DNA from: Bryobacterales bacterium
GTDB lineage: Bacteria > Acidobacteriota > Terriglobia > Bryobacterales > UBA6623
Length of the DNA: 64,000 bases
Direction: 5' to 3'
NCBI GenBank assembly: GCA_965213745.1
Contig: CBDBZZ010000058.1
Coordinates: 67,638 to 131,637, forward strand
Shown: positions 1-9,780 of the stretch, one piece after another
Layout: each line of letters opens with the position of its first letter
How positions within the stretch are numbered: position 1 is the first letter of the stretch
Notes under the pieces: model-generated
Told to the model about the DNA's origin: nothing
Seen by the model: only the letters and a program-made list of their open reading frames with translations
The model's database searches: none
Position numbers and translations under genes: made by a program

Positions 1-276
1 CCGCAAGGCTTCACGCAAGAACCCGGGCGCGATCACCATAAGGACGGGTTCTCGCTGATCCTGGCTGGCGGCGGCATCCGGCCGGGTCTGACCTATGGAG
101 CGACCGACGATTTCGGATTCGAGCCAGCGGAAAACCCCGTGCATATTCATGATCTCCACGCGACCGCCCTCTATTTGCTTGGAGTCGACCACACGAAGCT
201 GACGTTCAAGCACCAAGGACGAAACTTCCGGCTCACCGACGTTCACGGACGGGTCGTCAAAGAGCTGTTAGTGTAG
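1..276 (+). CDS. DUF1501 domain protein, C-terminal fragment (5' end lies outside the window)
   Basis: Frame 1 is open from nt 1 to the TAG at 274-276. The translation ...[73 protein letters not shown]... matches the conserved C-terminal block of DUF1501 (sulfatase-fold) proteins as I recall the family. Confidence 0.7.
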   Translation, partial: PQGFTQEPGRDHHKDGFSLILAGGGIRPGLTYGATDDFGFEPAENPVHIHDLHATALYLLGVDHTKLTFKHQGRNFRLTDVHGRVVKELLV

Positions 277-288
277 AGTCGCATAGCC

Positions 289-1194
289 GTGAAGAAGAAC
301 GCCATTCTGACCCGAAGGGGCTTTCTCGCCAGCACTGCCTGCGCCTTGCCCCTAAGGCCCGCTTCCTCCGAAACCATTTGGCGACCCTTGTTTGACGGCA
401 GGACTCTTGACGGCTGGCGCACGGTTCATCGGCTACCCGTAGCTAGGTATCCGGGCGGGCGGTCTCCGGCAAAGGATTCCCCGCAGTACCAGAAGGCCCT
501 TCGGAGCAAAGGCGACTGGCAAGTCGTCGATGGAGCCATCACGGGCGGCCAAGAGCCGCCAGGGTCCGGCGTCGGCGGCTACTTGATCACCAATGAGAAG
601 TTCGCCGATTTCGAGCTCAGCCTCGAGGCGAATCCCGATTGGGGTGTCGACACCGGATTCCTGATTCGCGCAACGGGCATCGGAAGCCAAGGCTTTCAAG
701 TCCTTGTGGATCACCGCCAAGGCGGCAACATCGGTTCCTTCTACGGCAACGGCATCGGCGGTTTCAATACCCGCCAGTTCGGGTTCGAGGCGAAGAAGGA
801 CTCGAGCGGCAAGGTCGTCGGCATGACGCCGGTCGCCTACCGAGACCTGAGTCCTCAGCCCGATCCGGGCAAGAGCGAGGCGACTTGGTCGGCTGGGCCC
901 GAAGCGTTCTTCGAGACTTGGCGTTTCGGTGAATGGAACGAAATCCGCGTCCGATGCGAAGGACGCTCACCTACGCTCGCTACGTGGATCAACGGCGAGA
1001 AGATGGCTTCCCTCGACACGGCGAATATGCAAGCGGAGGGCTACGATGCCGAGGCCGTTGCGACGCTCCTCGGCCGCGCCGGTCACATCGCGTTGGAAGT
1101 CCACCACAGCGGACAAAGCGACCGCCTAGGCGAGCAGCGCTGGCTCCCGGGCAGAGTCTGTCGCTGGCGAGGGATCCGCGTGAGGGAACTCTGA
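289..1194 (+). CDS. DUF1080 (3-keto-disaccharide hydrolase-like) secreted protein
   Basis: 301-aa ORF with a GTG start. It has a Tat-like signal (TRRGFLAST), the family-typical opening WRPLFDGRTLDGW, and a C-terminal GHIALEVHH block. Confidence 0.75.
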   Translation: MKKNAILTRRGFLASTACALPLRPASSETIWRPLFDGRTLDGWRTVHRLPVARYPGGRSPAKDSPQYQKALRSKGDWQVVDGAITGGQEPPGSGVGGYLITNEKFADFELSLEANPDWGVDTGFLIRATGIGSQGFQVLVDHRQGGNIGSFYGNGIGGFNTRQFGFEAKKDSSGKVVGMTPVAYRDLSPQPDPGKSEATWSAGPEAFFETWRFGEWNEIRVRCEGRSPTLATWINGEKMASLDTANMQAEGYDAEAVATLLGRAGHIALEVHHSGQSDRLGEQRWLPGRVCRWRGIRVREL

Positions 1195-1611
1195 GACCCA
1201 CAAGAGGCCTGCACCTCATCAAGTCCACAGCCCTGCGCCCAATCCGCGAACAGCCAGGGGCCTTGTGCAAGCCAGCCGATTGACCCTACGGCGGATTCTT
1301 CGATCGGAGCGGTCCCTCAGCCGTGGCGAGCGCACGGGCGATTATGGTGCCGCTTCAGGACCCAGGAAAGCGCCGTCTAGAGCGAAGCTGGCACGGGGCC
1401 GGCTTTTTTGTCGAACGATATCTTCGTCTTTGAAGAAGAAAACCTTGCAGTCATCCTTTGCCGCACTTGTTGTGAAATCCGATTCGCTGCGAAACGCACC
1501 CCCCGCCTCACCGGCTTCGAGAGACACCCACCCCCTCCCCGCAAGAAGCAGATGCTCCACACGGGGTAGGTTCCAGCCGTGCGAACGCCGCAGAGTCTTC
1601 AGCAATAGCGA

Positions 1612-2792
1612 TTAACTGACCTCGCCCCCAGGGCGCTCCGTACCGCGGTTCAGGATCTCGAGGCATTCTCGATACGCATACAGGCGGCGGCGCTTCCTCC
1701 CGGTGGTTTCGCGGACAATGCCGAGTTTTTCCAGCGTCCGGAGGGCTCGGTTTGCCGTCGCCGGGGTGATTTCTGCCTCGCTGGCCAGCCATCCGCCCGT
1801 CGCTACAGGGCGCTGGGCCAATGCGGCGTGAACCCGAAGAGCCGATCCCACAGCCTTACCTTGGGAACGAATCAGTCCGCGATCCTTCTCGGCCTGGGCC
1901 AAGAGGTCCTGGGCAGTCGCCACGGCCTGCTTAGCGGTTGCAATCACGGCGTCTGCGAAGAAGTCGAGCCAAGACTCCCAGTCCCCAGTTCTGCGAACAT
2001 CGTTCAGCAACTCGTAGTAGCGCTGACGGTGGGCCTTGAAGTAGAGACTGAGATACAGTACCGGCTCCCGCAGCACCCCCTCGCTGCAGAGCAACAGCGT
2101 GATCAGAAGGCGGCCGAGGCGCCCATTGCCATCCAAGAAGGGATGGATCGTTTCGAACTGCACATGCGCCAAGGCAGCCTTGAGCAGGACGGGCGTTGGT
2201 TCCGGCTGCCCGTGCAGGAAAAGTTCCAGATCCCCCATGCATTCCATGACCAAGTTCTGCGGAGGGGGGACGAATGCGGCGTTGCCGGGACGGGAGCCGC
2301 CGATCCAGTTTTGGCTCCTCCGGAACTCGCCGGGGTCTTGAAACCGTCCGCCGCCCCTCGGCCAGCAGCACCCCATGGACCTCTCGAATGAGCCGCAGGG
2401 ACAAAGGGAATCCCCTCCTCGAGGAGCTTCAGACCGTGGTGCATCGCGGCCACATAGTTGCTAACCTCGCGGACATCGTCCAGCGGGATACCGGGGGCTT
2501 CGCCGGCTTCATGGGCCAGAAGGTCCGCCAACGACGACTGGGTTCCCTCAATCATGGACGAGAGTACGGCTTCCTTGCGGATGTACAGGTACAGAAACAG
2601 TGACGTATTGGGCAAGATGGTGACAATGCCGTCCAAGCGCCCTAGTTCCATGTGCGCTCTGTCAAACTTCTTGCGGAGTCCGGCGGTCCATTCGATAGGC
2701 GGCAGCGGCGGCAGCGGAGCGGGGACGAACGCCCGCACCCGCTCGTCCGCCGCAGACACGGTTAGGTATCGTCCTTGGAGGTCGCGGATCAC
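1612..2792 (-). pseudogene. Fic/DOC family protein disrupted by two frameshifts
   Basis: The canonical Fic motif HPFLDGNGRLGR lies in ORF 1612..2376. The N-terminal part (...RAFVPAPLPPLPPIEW...GRLDG...SSMIEGTQSS...) is in ORF 2103..2894, and the connecting piece SLRLIREVHGVLLAEGR is in a third frame (1931..2404). The frame switches fall near 2400 and near 2350-2360. The likely start is the GTG at 2790-2792 (VIRDLQGRYLTVS...). Confidence 0.8.
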
Positions 2793-2806
2793 GGGTCGAC
2801 TACGAT

Positions 2807-2843
2807 CAATTCTACAATAAGGATCCTCCTTATTGTAGAATTG
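2807..2843. promoter_or_regulatory. Perfect 17-3-17 palindrome just upstream of the fic start; candidate operator
   Basis: CAATTCTACAATAAGGA-TCC-TCCTTATTGTAGAATTG, read directly from the sequence. It is AT-rich in GC-rich surroundings and sits 15 nt upstream of the proposed GTG start. The function is inferred. Confidence 0.45.
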
Positions 2844-2896
2844 CGCCCAAGTTGAAACAAGCAGCTGATCCATCAGCTGTACTAGGCGCTCCACTT

Positions 2897-3885
2897 AGCC
2901 TCATTCTTCACACTCCGCCCGCCTAAAAGCCCGTTGAAGTAGTCCGGCTTCGGTGTCGGCCTGGATGGCGAGGCAGGCGGGCCTCAGGCGGCACCCAGCG
3001 CCGCTGGCCAGACGAGTTGGGGACGGCCGGCCCCGGGCGGGGCTCCAGGCTCGCAGCAGCCCATGCCGGGCCGCCTGGAGGGCTTTGCGGAGCCCCTTGG
3101 AGACGCCCACGGGTGCGGGGCGGCGATCCTGCAGGCTCCGGGGCGCACCTCTCCCGGCAGCGACCGCAGCAACACCCCAGGTGGAACCCGCAAGCAGGCC
3201 CCAGCAGCCGCTGGCAGAGGTTGTCCGCCCCCTCAGGCCCACTCGCCGCAGCCCCCGGAGCGGTCCCAAGGGACCTCAACCGCTCCCCCAACTCCTCCCG
3301 GGTCTCCAGACCCCCCTGGTCGGTGGCCTGCAGCGTGAGCCCCACCAACACCGGAGCCACCGGAGGCTCCCCCGCGCTGTGCGACAGCGTCTGCGGCTGC
3401 CGGTCGCCAGCGAGCAGCTCCTGCTGGGTCCGCGGCTTCACCCCGGAGTGCTGTTCCAACGGCACCCCGAACGCCTCACAATCCTGCAGCGTGTTCAGCG
3501 CCGCGGTGGTTTCCGGCACCGTCACGTCCACGCCCACCGGGACACCCTGCGCCAGCCCGGCCGCGCGCAGCCGGCGCAGGTGGGTCCCCAGCTCGGACGA
3601 ACCCAGGTGCGCACACCCCGCACACGCCTCCAGCACCAGCAACCGGGGGTTGCGCACTACCAAGTGCAGTCCCCGGAACGGCAACTCCCGGGACCAGCCC
3701 AACCACCTCTCGTGCGGCTGCTACTTGAACACGCCCGTCCCAGCCCCCCAGACCAACTACATCCCGCGCCATTCGGTGCCGGAGCGCAGGCCGCGCCCTG
3801 CACACTGCTGGAAACCGAGACTAACCAGCAATCGAGGCAATCAACCAGCCCCTGCGCTTCACTCCTGCACGGCCTGCCTCCTAAG
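2897..3885 (-). mobile_element. Decayed IS1182/IS5-like DDE transposase remnant (copy A)
   Basis: The minus-strand frame reads ...THLRRLRAAGLAQGVPVGVDVTVPETTAALNTLQD...SGVKPRTQQELL...QPQTLSHSAGEPPVAP... and ends ...KPDYFNGLLG at 2921-2950. From memory this resembles the GxDATTLEANAA central block and the DFFNxLL C-terminus of IS1182/IS5-like transposases. It is only about 1 kb, all six frames are open, and there is no intact ORF. Nucleotide paralogues lie at 5860-6830 and 27897-28705. Confidence 0.5.
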
Positions 3886-5122
3886 CTGGCGGCCTTTTCG
3901 CCCAGATTGTCAGCCGAAGCTCATGATCAAATAATTCATACACCGGTAGTCGCCCCGAATGCTGTAAGCTAGCTCTCAGAATCCTTTGCACACCCTCTCC
4001 CCGAGATTCAATGAACGCTTTTCTGAATCGGCGGCTGTTGATTTTTGACAAAAATCGAACTAGTAACGCGTTTCTAGTATTTACACGATATCGCATGTTT
4101 TGAGTTGTGAGTGTGTTTAGTAGTGCTCCCGGGCTATAAAGCTCTAACCTGTCAGAGAAAAGAAATAACCGTATCTTCGCTCCCCGCATAGAATAATCTC
4201 GATGGACAACAGCATTCACAATCGCCTCGTGAACTGCATGAATGTCGTACTGGGGATAGTCAATCCGTCCGACAGGCTTACGTGCAGGCTTCAACATAAA
4301 ACGCTGAATGAATGCTTCCGCATCGTCAATCTGCCTTCCTACATTGCCCCGAATCTGATCGGAATAGACCAAGTGAGGGGACCAAAGGTCCACTCCAGAA
4401 TAGACGGCAGCCTCGATGAACGCAGAAGGCAAATGCTTTTCGGGTGACTCTCCGAAGGCAAGCAACCCCGCCACAGTTGGACGCTCGACACCGTTGGAAT
4501 CCAGATCCAGAACTTGAATATTTCGCAAAATATCTTGTTCAGAACTTTCCAGTTCAGTGTTTACAAAGAATGATTCAAGCCGTCGCATATCCAGGTCTCG
4601 ACCAGTGGCCGACGGCACGCGCTGCTCATCGAAAACAAATGTGCGCTCGCGCTCTTGCATAAGTCGCGCTAGTTCACGGGTTGTCAGCTCTTGTTTACTG
4701 GAACCAATCCGCAAGTAGTATCGGCCACCGGTCGTCCGGTGGACATAAAGACCTGGCCCAACACCCACTACGACAACAGTCCCCAAGTTACCGCCTGCAG
4801 TAGGAAGACTAAAACTCCGCAATCTCGGGCGAATTGGTGGATCGCAGTTCTGGGTGGCGATGTTCACAATCCACCGCTCGACCTCAGCAAGCCTCTCTAT
4901 TGGTATACCCTTCACAACCCCCTCATCGGATATACCCAGAATAATTGCTCCTCCGTCCGTGTTGGCGAACGCGACCAATCCCTCTGCAATCGCTTCGGCA
5001 TTAGGCGATCTCACTCCACTTGCACCGAACCTCAGCTCTTTGAACTCTGCCGCCGAGTCTTCCCCGGCACTGATTGCATTGGTGACATCCTCAATCGTTT
5101 CAAACATGACAGACCACCTCAA
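3881..5122 (-). CDS. AlbA_2 (Schlafen-like DNA-binding) plus HATPase_c_4-like domain protein
   Basis: 413-aa ORF. The N-terminus reads EDSAAEFKELRF...LVAFANTDGGAIILGISDEGVVKGI (AlbA_2 pattern). The C-terminus reads AIVNAVVHRDYSMRGAKIRLFLFSDRLELYSPGAL (RecG-C-terminal-like HATPase_c_4 pattern). G+C is much lower than the surroundings (a sampled line at 4081-4140 is 25/60). The stop codon sits exactly at the junction with remnant copy A. Confidence 0.65.
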   Translation of the reverse strand: MRWSVMFETIEDVTNAISAGEDSAAEFKELRFGASGVRSPNAEAIAEGLVAFANTDGGAIILGISDEGVVKGIPIERLAEVERWIVNIATQNCDPPIRPRLRSFSLPTAGGNLGTVVVVGVGPGLYVHRTTGGRYYLRIGSSKQELTTRELARLMQERERTFVFDEQRVPSATGRDLDMRRLESFFVNTELESSEQDILRNIQVLDLDSNGVERPTVAGLLAFGESPEKHLPSAFIEAAVYSGVDLWSPHLVYSDQIRGNVGRQIDDAEAFIQRFMLKPARKPVGRIDYPQYDIHAVHEAIVNAVVHRDYSMRGAKIRLFLFSDRLELYSPGALLNTLTTQNMRYRVNTRNALLVRFLSKINSRRFRKAFIESRGEGVQRILRASLQHSGRLPVYELFDHELRLTIWAKRPPA

Positions 5123-5753
5123 TATCCGTATCGCTCGCGTCGCAGCCTGAACGCCTCCTGGCTTCCCTCCATGGTCAAGCTTACCATGTCCTTCACGTGA
5201 AGCTGGTCAATACTACCGCTCGTCACCACCCGGCCCTTCGTATCAGTAACTCCAAGACCAAGAATCAACTCAGCATCGCCGTTCACCGGGATGTTCGAAT
5301 TGTGTGTCGCTACGATAGTCTGACGCGAAAACTTCCGGTTTCGCAACAATTTTACAACGGCCTGACAAACGCATTGATTGTCTAAATCGTCTTCCGGTTG
5401 ATCAATAATGATGGGCTGCTGGCCGGACGCAAGCAATAGGCTGAGAATCGCTGTGTTTCGCTGACCAACAGAACTCGTCTCGATTGGCTTAAACGAACCA
5501 TCGGCACCACGAATAAATGCCTGAACCTTGTCTTCCGGCAAGAATCGTTCCATTTCGTCAAGTCAAACTGGTCAGGACGAGTAAGAGCTCGTAGCAAATG
5601 GCCGGTCAATGCATCACATCCAGGAAGTGCCACAACCCTGGAAGTCGCGGCATCGATTGCCCGACCTAAAACTTGAGTAGTCTCGATATCTTCCCGAAAA
5701 GCATCAACTAGTGCAAAAATTCGATCAGGAATTCCACACTCGCTAAAAAACAC
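5119..5753 (-). pseudogene. 5'-truncated and frameshifted SMC/ABC-type AAA ATPase (C-terminal lobe only)
   Basis: ORF 5119..5553 carries an ABC-signature-like SVGQRNTAILSLLL, a Walker B/D-loop IIIDQPEDDLD and an H-loop IVATHNSNIPVNGDAELI. The upstream continuation (...LTRPDQFDLTK) is in another frame (5382..5753). No Walker A head is present. The stop overlaps the start of the AlbA_2 gene by 4 nt. Confidence 0.6.
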
Positions 5754-5859
5754 GTAATGTACGGTGGTGCCAAGCGCACATTTAGTTTAGCACAAAATGC
5801 TGGCTGGCTCGTTGAACAGAAGAGCTGCGCTTCAAAGCGGCGCATGGGAGCTTTGACGT

Positions 5860-6830
5860 GTGCCGCCTAGGAGCCCGCTGAAGTAGTCCGGCTTCGGGGT
5901 CGGTTTGGTCGGTTGGGTAGGCGGACCTCAGGCGTGTTGATCCCCGACAGCGACCGCAGCAGCCCCCCAACGCCGCTTTTAGCGGCCCTCGCCCGCCGCC
6001 GCTTCAACGCCCGGCCCGCCGGCTCCTCACTACCGGCCGCTGGGCTAGCCCTTGTCCGCCACCACCGTCTGCGGGCACCCCCCTAGCGTCTCCGCCGCCG
6101 CCAGCGGCCCCGCCAGGGGCACCGGGTCCCCTTGGTCGGACGCCCGCAGCATCAGCCCCACCCCCGCCCCGCGGGCTCGGCCAGTGCCCTCTGTCCGGGG
6201 CTCCGTTTTGGCGCTGCGCCACCCGTGCATCCGGAGCCACCGGAGGCTCCCCCGTGCTGTGTGACAGCGTCTGCGGCTGGAGTGGCGGCTTCACCCCAGA
6301 GGCCTGGGCCAACCGCTCCCCGAACGACTCACAGCCCTGCTGCGGGTCCTGGTGCTGCAGCGGATGCAGCGCCGCGTGGGTCTCCCGCACCGTGGCGTCC
6401 ACGCCCCCGGGACGCCCTGCGCCAGCTTCAGCCGTACGTAGCCGCTCCCCCACCCACGCACACACTTGGCGGTACATCAGGGTCCGGCGGGGACTCGCTC
6501 AGGACGGAACCCGGCAACCGGCGCAGCAGGGCGCTACCCCGCGCGGGCTCAAAGCCCAGCAGCAGCAACCGAAAGCAGACCCCAGGGGCCACAAGGGCCG
6601 CCCGCAGGGGCTTTTGGAGAACTCCCGGCAGAGGTCCTCGACTAAGGCGTCGAACCCGGCTGCCTCCAGCCCCGTGCGGAGCCGCTCGCAGAACAGCAGG
6701 GTCAGGGCCCGGAGCAGATCTGAGGGGTTCCAGGCAGGTGCCTGCCTGCGGCTGCTGGCATTGGCCCAGCGCTAGGGAACCTAGATGCGCAAACCGAGGG
6801 GCGCAATCCAAGCGTCAACCTTCCGGTAGA
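5860..6830 (-). mobile_element. Decayed IS1182/IS5-like DDE transposase remnant (copy B)
   Basis: The minus-strand frame reads YRQVCAWVGERLRTAEAGAGRPGGVDATVRETHAALHPLQHQDPQQGCESFGERLAQASGVKP...QPQTLSHSTGEPPVAPDARVAQRQNGAPDRGHW. The tail box GCCTAGGAGCCCGCTGAAGTAGTCCGGCTTCGG lies at 5864-5896. It has the same orientation as copy A and shares the near-identical segment GAGCCACCGGAGGCTCCCCCG.GCTGTG.GACAGCGTCTGCGGCTG (3352-3398 and 6234-6280). Confidence 0.55.
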
Positions 6831-6886
6831 ACGATTTCCACAAAAACTAGACGGATTTTTCAACAAGCTCCTAAGGCCGCCCTGCC

Positions 6887-6897
6887 GGGGGGGGGGG
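6887..6897 (+). repeat. G11 homopolymer
   Basis: Eleven consecutive G counted directly, 54 nt upstream of the ATG at 6951. Confidence 0.95.
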
Positions 6898-6950
6898 ACG
6901 GCCGAACCGCGCGGCCGAGCGCAGACAGCTCGAAACCCTATAATCGCCAA

Positions 6951-7955
6951 ATGCCAATCCTGACCACGGTCGTCGGAAGCTACCCGATCCCCCAGTGGCT
7001 CTACGGCGACATGTCTAGCGGCACGCTCAGGGACGCGATCTCCGTGGTCCTGCACACGCAAGAACTCGCCGGCATCGACCTGGTCGCCGACGGGGAGCTG
7101 AACCGCTTCGACCCGTCGCACCCCGAAACCAACGGGATGATCGACTACTTCGTCAGTCAGTTCTCTGGGGTCCGGACGCGATACTCGGTTAGCGATCTGG
7201 ATGCTTTCCAGGCAGACCAAGGGATGGCATTCCGGGCCGCCCCCGCCGGCATCGTGACCGGGCCGATCAGAGAGGGCCTGCTCAACCTTCCGGCGGACTA
7301 CGCCCTAGTGCGCAACCTGACCGCCAAACCCTTGAAGTTCACCTGCACCGGCCCCCACATGCTGTCCAAGACGCTGACCGACCGGCACTACGGCAGCCAG
7401 GAAGACCTCTGCATGGCGGTGGCGGAAGTGCTGCGGAAGCAACTGGAGCGAGTCCCGGCAGACGTGGTGCAACTCGACGAAGCCAACATCACCGGACATG
7501 CGGAGGAATGGGAGTGGGCGGCGGCCGCGCTCAACCATGCTCTCGACGGCGTCCGCGGCCCCAAGGGCGTCCATCTCTGCTTCGGCAACTACGGCGGGCA
7601 GCAGATCCAGTCGGGAGTCTGGCGAGAACTGTTGCCCTACCTCAACGCACTACGGTGCGACTTCCTGCTGCTCGAGTTCGCCCGCAGGGGATACGCAGAA
7701 CTCGAGCATTTGCGAGACCTCAACCCCAGCACACGGCTCGGATTGAGCGTAGTGGACATCAAGGACAACGAGGTGGAGGGCGCAGACCTGATCGCCGACC
7801 GGATCGAGCACGCCGCAAAGGTGCTAGGCGAGGAGCGGATCCAGTACGTCAACCCCGATTGCGGATTCTGGATGCTGTCCAGAAGCGTCGCAGACCGGAA
7901 GATGCGGGCTCTCGTTGCAGGGCGGGATCTATTCCAAGGGGCCCGCTCGGCGTAG
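6951..7955 (+). CDS. Cobalamin-independent methionine synthase (MetE C-terminal / Meth_synt_2) family protein
   Basis: ATG at 6951 inside the longer shadow ORF 6132..7955. The sequence reads MPILTTVVGSYPIPQW...ELAGIDLVADGE...VVQLDEANI...VHLCFGNYGG...VNPDCGFW, matching the family zinc and substrate-binding blocks. Confidence 0.8.
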   Translation: MPILTTVVGSYPIPQWLYGDMSSGTLRDAISVVLHTQELAGIDLVADGELNRFDPSHPETNGMIDYFVSQFSGVRTRYSVSDLDAFQADQGMAFRAAPAGIVTGPIREGLLNLPADYALVRNLTAKPLKFTCTGPHMLSKTLTDRHYGSQEDLCMAVAEVLRKQLERVPADVVQLDEANITGHAEEWEWAAAALNHALDGVRGPKGVHLCFGNYGGQQIQSGVWRELLPYLNALRCDFLLLEFARRGYAELEHLRDLNPSTRLGLSVVDIKDNEVEGADLIADRIEHAAKVLGEERIQYVNPDCGFWMLSRSVADRKMRALVAGRDLFQGARSA

Positions 7956-8199
7956 ACGCCACCGGTAACGGACGACGCGTCGGCAGCCCGAGGCCGCATC
8001 TCGGCAGCACAGTGTCTCGGGTCGCCTACGAAAGCGTCCGTATCCCGCGTTCCGCAGGCGGACGGCTGCTCTGCGCCTGAACGCCCAGTCCATCAGCCCA
8101 AATTTTGCCGTAACCCCCAAGTGCGTCCGCCCGTCCGATGCGGAGTCCCGCGCAGACGCACCGATCCGGGTCCTAGCCTAGAGGGCCGCATCCGGGGCG

Positions 8200-8410
8200 T
8201 CGAGTGTTGCGAAGCATCACGGGTCGTCAGCCCGCGGGTCTCCGGCAACTGCTTGAACAACTGGATGATGCGGTTCGCCGCCGGCCAGGCGCGATCATCC
8301 TCACCGATCGCGATGATCCGGTAGTCGAACCGGAACTTCTGCTCGACGGCATCCTTGTACACCAGCCGGTAGGCCACCGGGCCAAAGATCGACTCGTCCG
8401 ACATGCTCAT
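8200..8410 (-). pseudogene. Internal fragment of an SF2 (DEAD/DEAH, restriction-associated type) helicase
   Basis: DESIFGPVAYRLVYKDAVEQKFRFDYRIIAIGEDD resembles the E.LFG..FHRLSF.EAVE..LL.DYKVLVL block of Mrr-fused or type III-like helicases as I recall it. The remainder of the ORF degenerates into Arg/Pro-rich sequence. Confidence 0.35.
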
Positions 8411-8445
8411 GACGACAGTAGTCTATGGTTATACCCGGACGGCAA

Positions 8446-8481
8446 CGGACGCCAGCGGACAAAATATGAGCGGCGTCCGTG
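8446..8481 (+). repeat. 36-nt hairpin-containing repeat, copy 1
   Basis: CGGACGCCAGCGGACAAAATATGAGCGGCGTCCGTG. It differs by one base from the copy at 14726-14761 and contains the 7-bp inverted repeat GGACGCC/GGCGTCC. Confidence 0.9.
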
Positions 8482-8833
8482 CGACCGCCACAGAATCCCA
8501 TCAAGTCAAGTGTCTACAATAGATTATGAACTGCTGTCCGCCGATGTTCCCCGTGCTGTATCCCTCAATACGAACAAGACTGCACGGCACCTCTAACACC
8601 GGCTGCGGATGGATCCGGAAACGGCGCGCCGACCGGCTTGGCCGATTTGTCTTTGCGCAATCCGCACAACTGATCTGATCGCTCGTGTGATCTCGCGTTC
8701 GACCGGCTTCGAGCCGAGCGCCAGGGATGCGTAGCCGCCAGCGCCTGCGAACGGCCCGCACGGAGGCCGCGGCCCGGAAGCTACCACGAAACTGCCGGTC
8801 CTATCAACGGTGCGCAGCGGGCACCGCGCACGA

Positions 8834-9780
8834 CTATTGCCGACTCGTCCCGGCTCTGCGGGCGGCCAGCAGGAAGTACATTGCATACAGGCGGTTCGGA
8901 TAACGATAGCCGCCCCGAACGCCGGGGTCAGGCTCCAAGGCTCCCAATTTCTTCATGCGCTGCAGGAAGTTGTCCAGGACCTTTCTTTCCGCGTCCGTCA
9001 GATACTCCAGGAGATCCGCTCTCCGGAAGCGCATTTCCAGTGTTTTCTGCTCGTTGATCTTCCGAAGAATCGAGAGATAGTACTTGCTATAAATTGCTTC
9101 GACGATCTGCGGCGCAAGGAACTTTCGTCCGATCACTTCTGCTGCGGCAACGATACCTCCCATGGTGTCGTGTGGTCCGATCTCCGGAGCCGAGGCGGTG
9201 CGCCAGACGGCGTCGCCGATCTCATGCGCCAGAACGGGCAATCCGCCCGTAAACGAAACTAGGCGCTGCACGTCGTCCGCGGAGATTGTCGCATTGCCGG
9301 CCTGAAATGATTGCCGATAGAAATCTGCAACCTCGCTGTCCGACCACGGCGCGATATCGATCAAGTCGAAGACGCGCGCCAGGGACGGTTGCTTCGCCAC
9401 CAGTTCCCGCCGCCTTTCTGCAAGGCCAACCACGATGACGCAGAGCCTCGTCGTCTCGGGGAATGTGGTGATCTCGTCCACGAAGCTCTTGAGCCAGTTG
9501 GCGAACCGTTCGGAACTCGCAAGACCGTTGATGTCGTCAAGAATCAGCAGGATGGATTTCCTGCCCGCCGTTTCCGCCAGTTGCCGGATCGATGACGCGA
9601 AGTTGCGTTCCATGGATGCCAGGTCACCGCTGCGGAGATTCAGCTCCAGCGAGATACCGAACAGGCCGACCTTGCGGACGCGATCGCCGAAGAACTCCAG
9701 CGTCTGCTGGTGCCACGGCCTCGAGACACTCTGCTTCAGGAGGCTGTTGAATGTCTGGCGCAGCATCTCTCCTAGTAGTA
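8834..9780 (-). pseudogene. ORC/Cdc6-like AAA ATPase, C-terminal part (gene split by IS630)
   Basis: This part contains the Walker B ILLILDDIN, a lid/arm region and a probable C-terminal winged helix. It joins in frame to 11044-11301 once the IS and one TA copy are removed (...GGVQDLVV|LLGEMLRQTFNSLL...). A sampled line at 9001-9060 is 31/60 G+C. Confidence 0.75.

Noticed and set aside
1370-1405. GGCCGGCTTTTTTG after the DUF1080 gene, considered as a terminator
   Set aside because: I could not find a convincing upstream complementary arm. It is only a short GCCGGC palindrome followed by T6.
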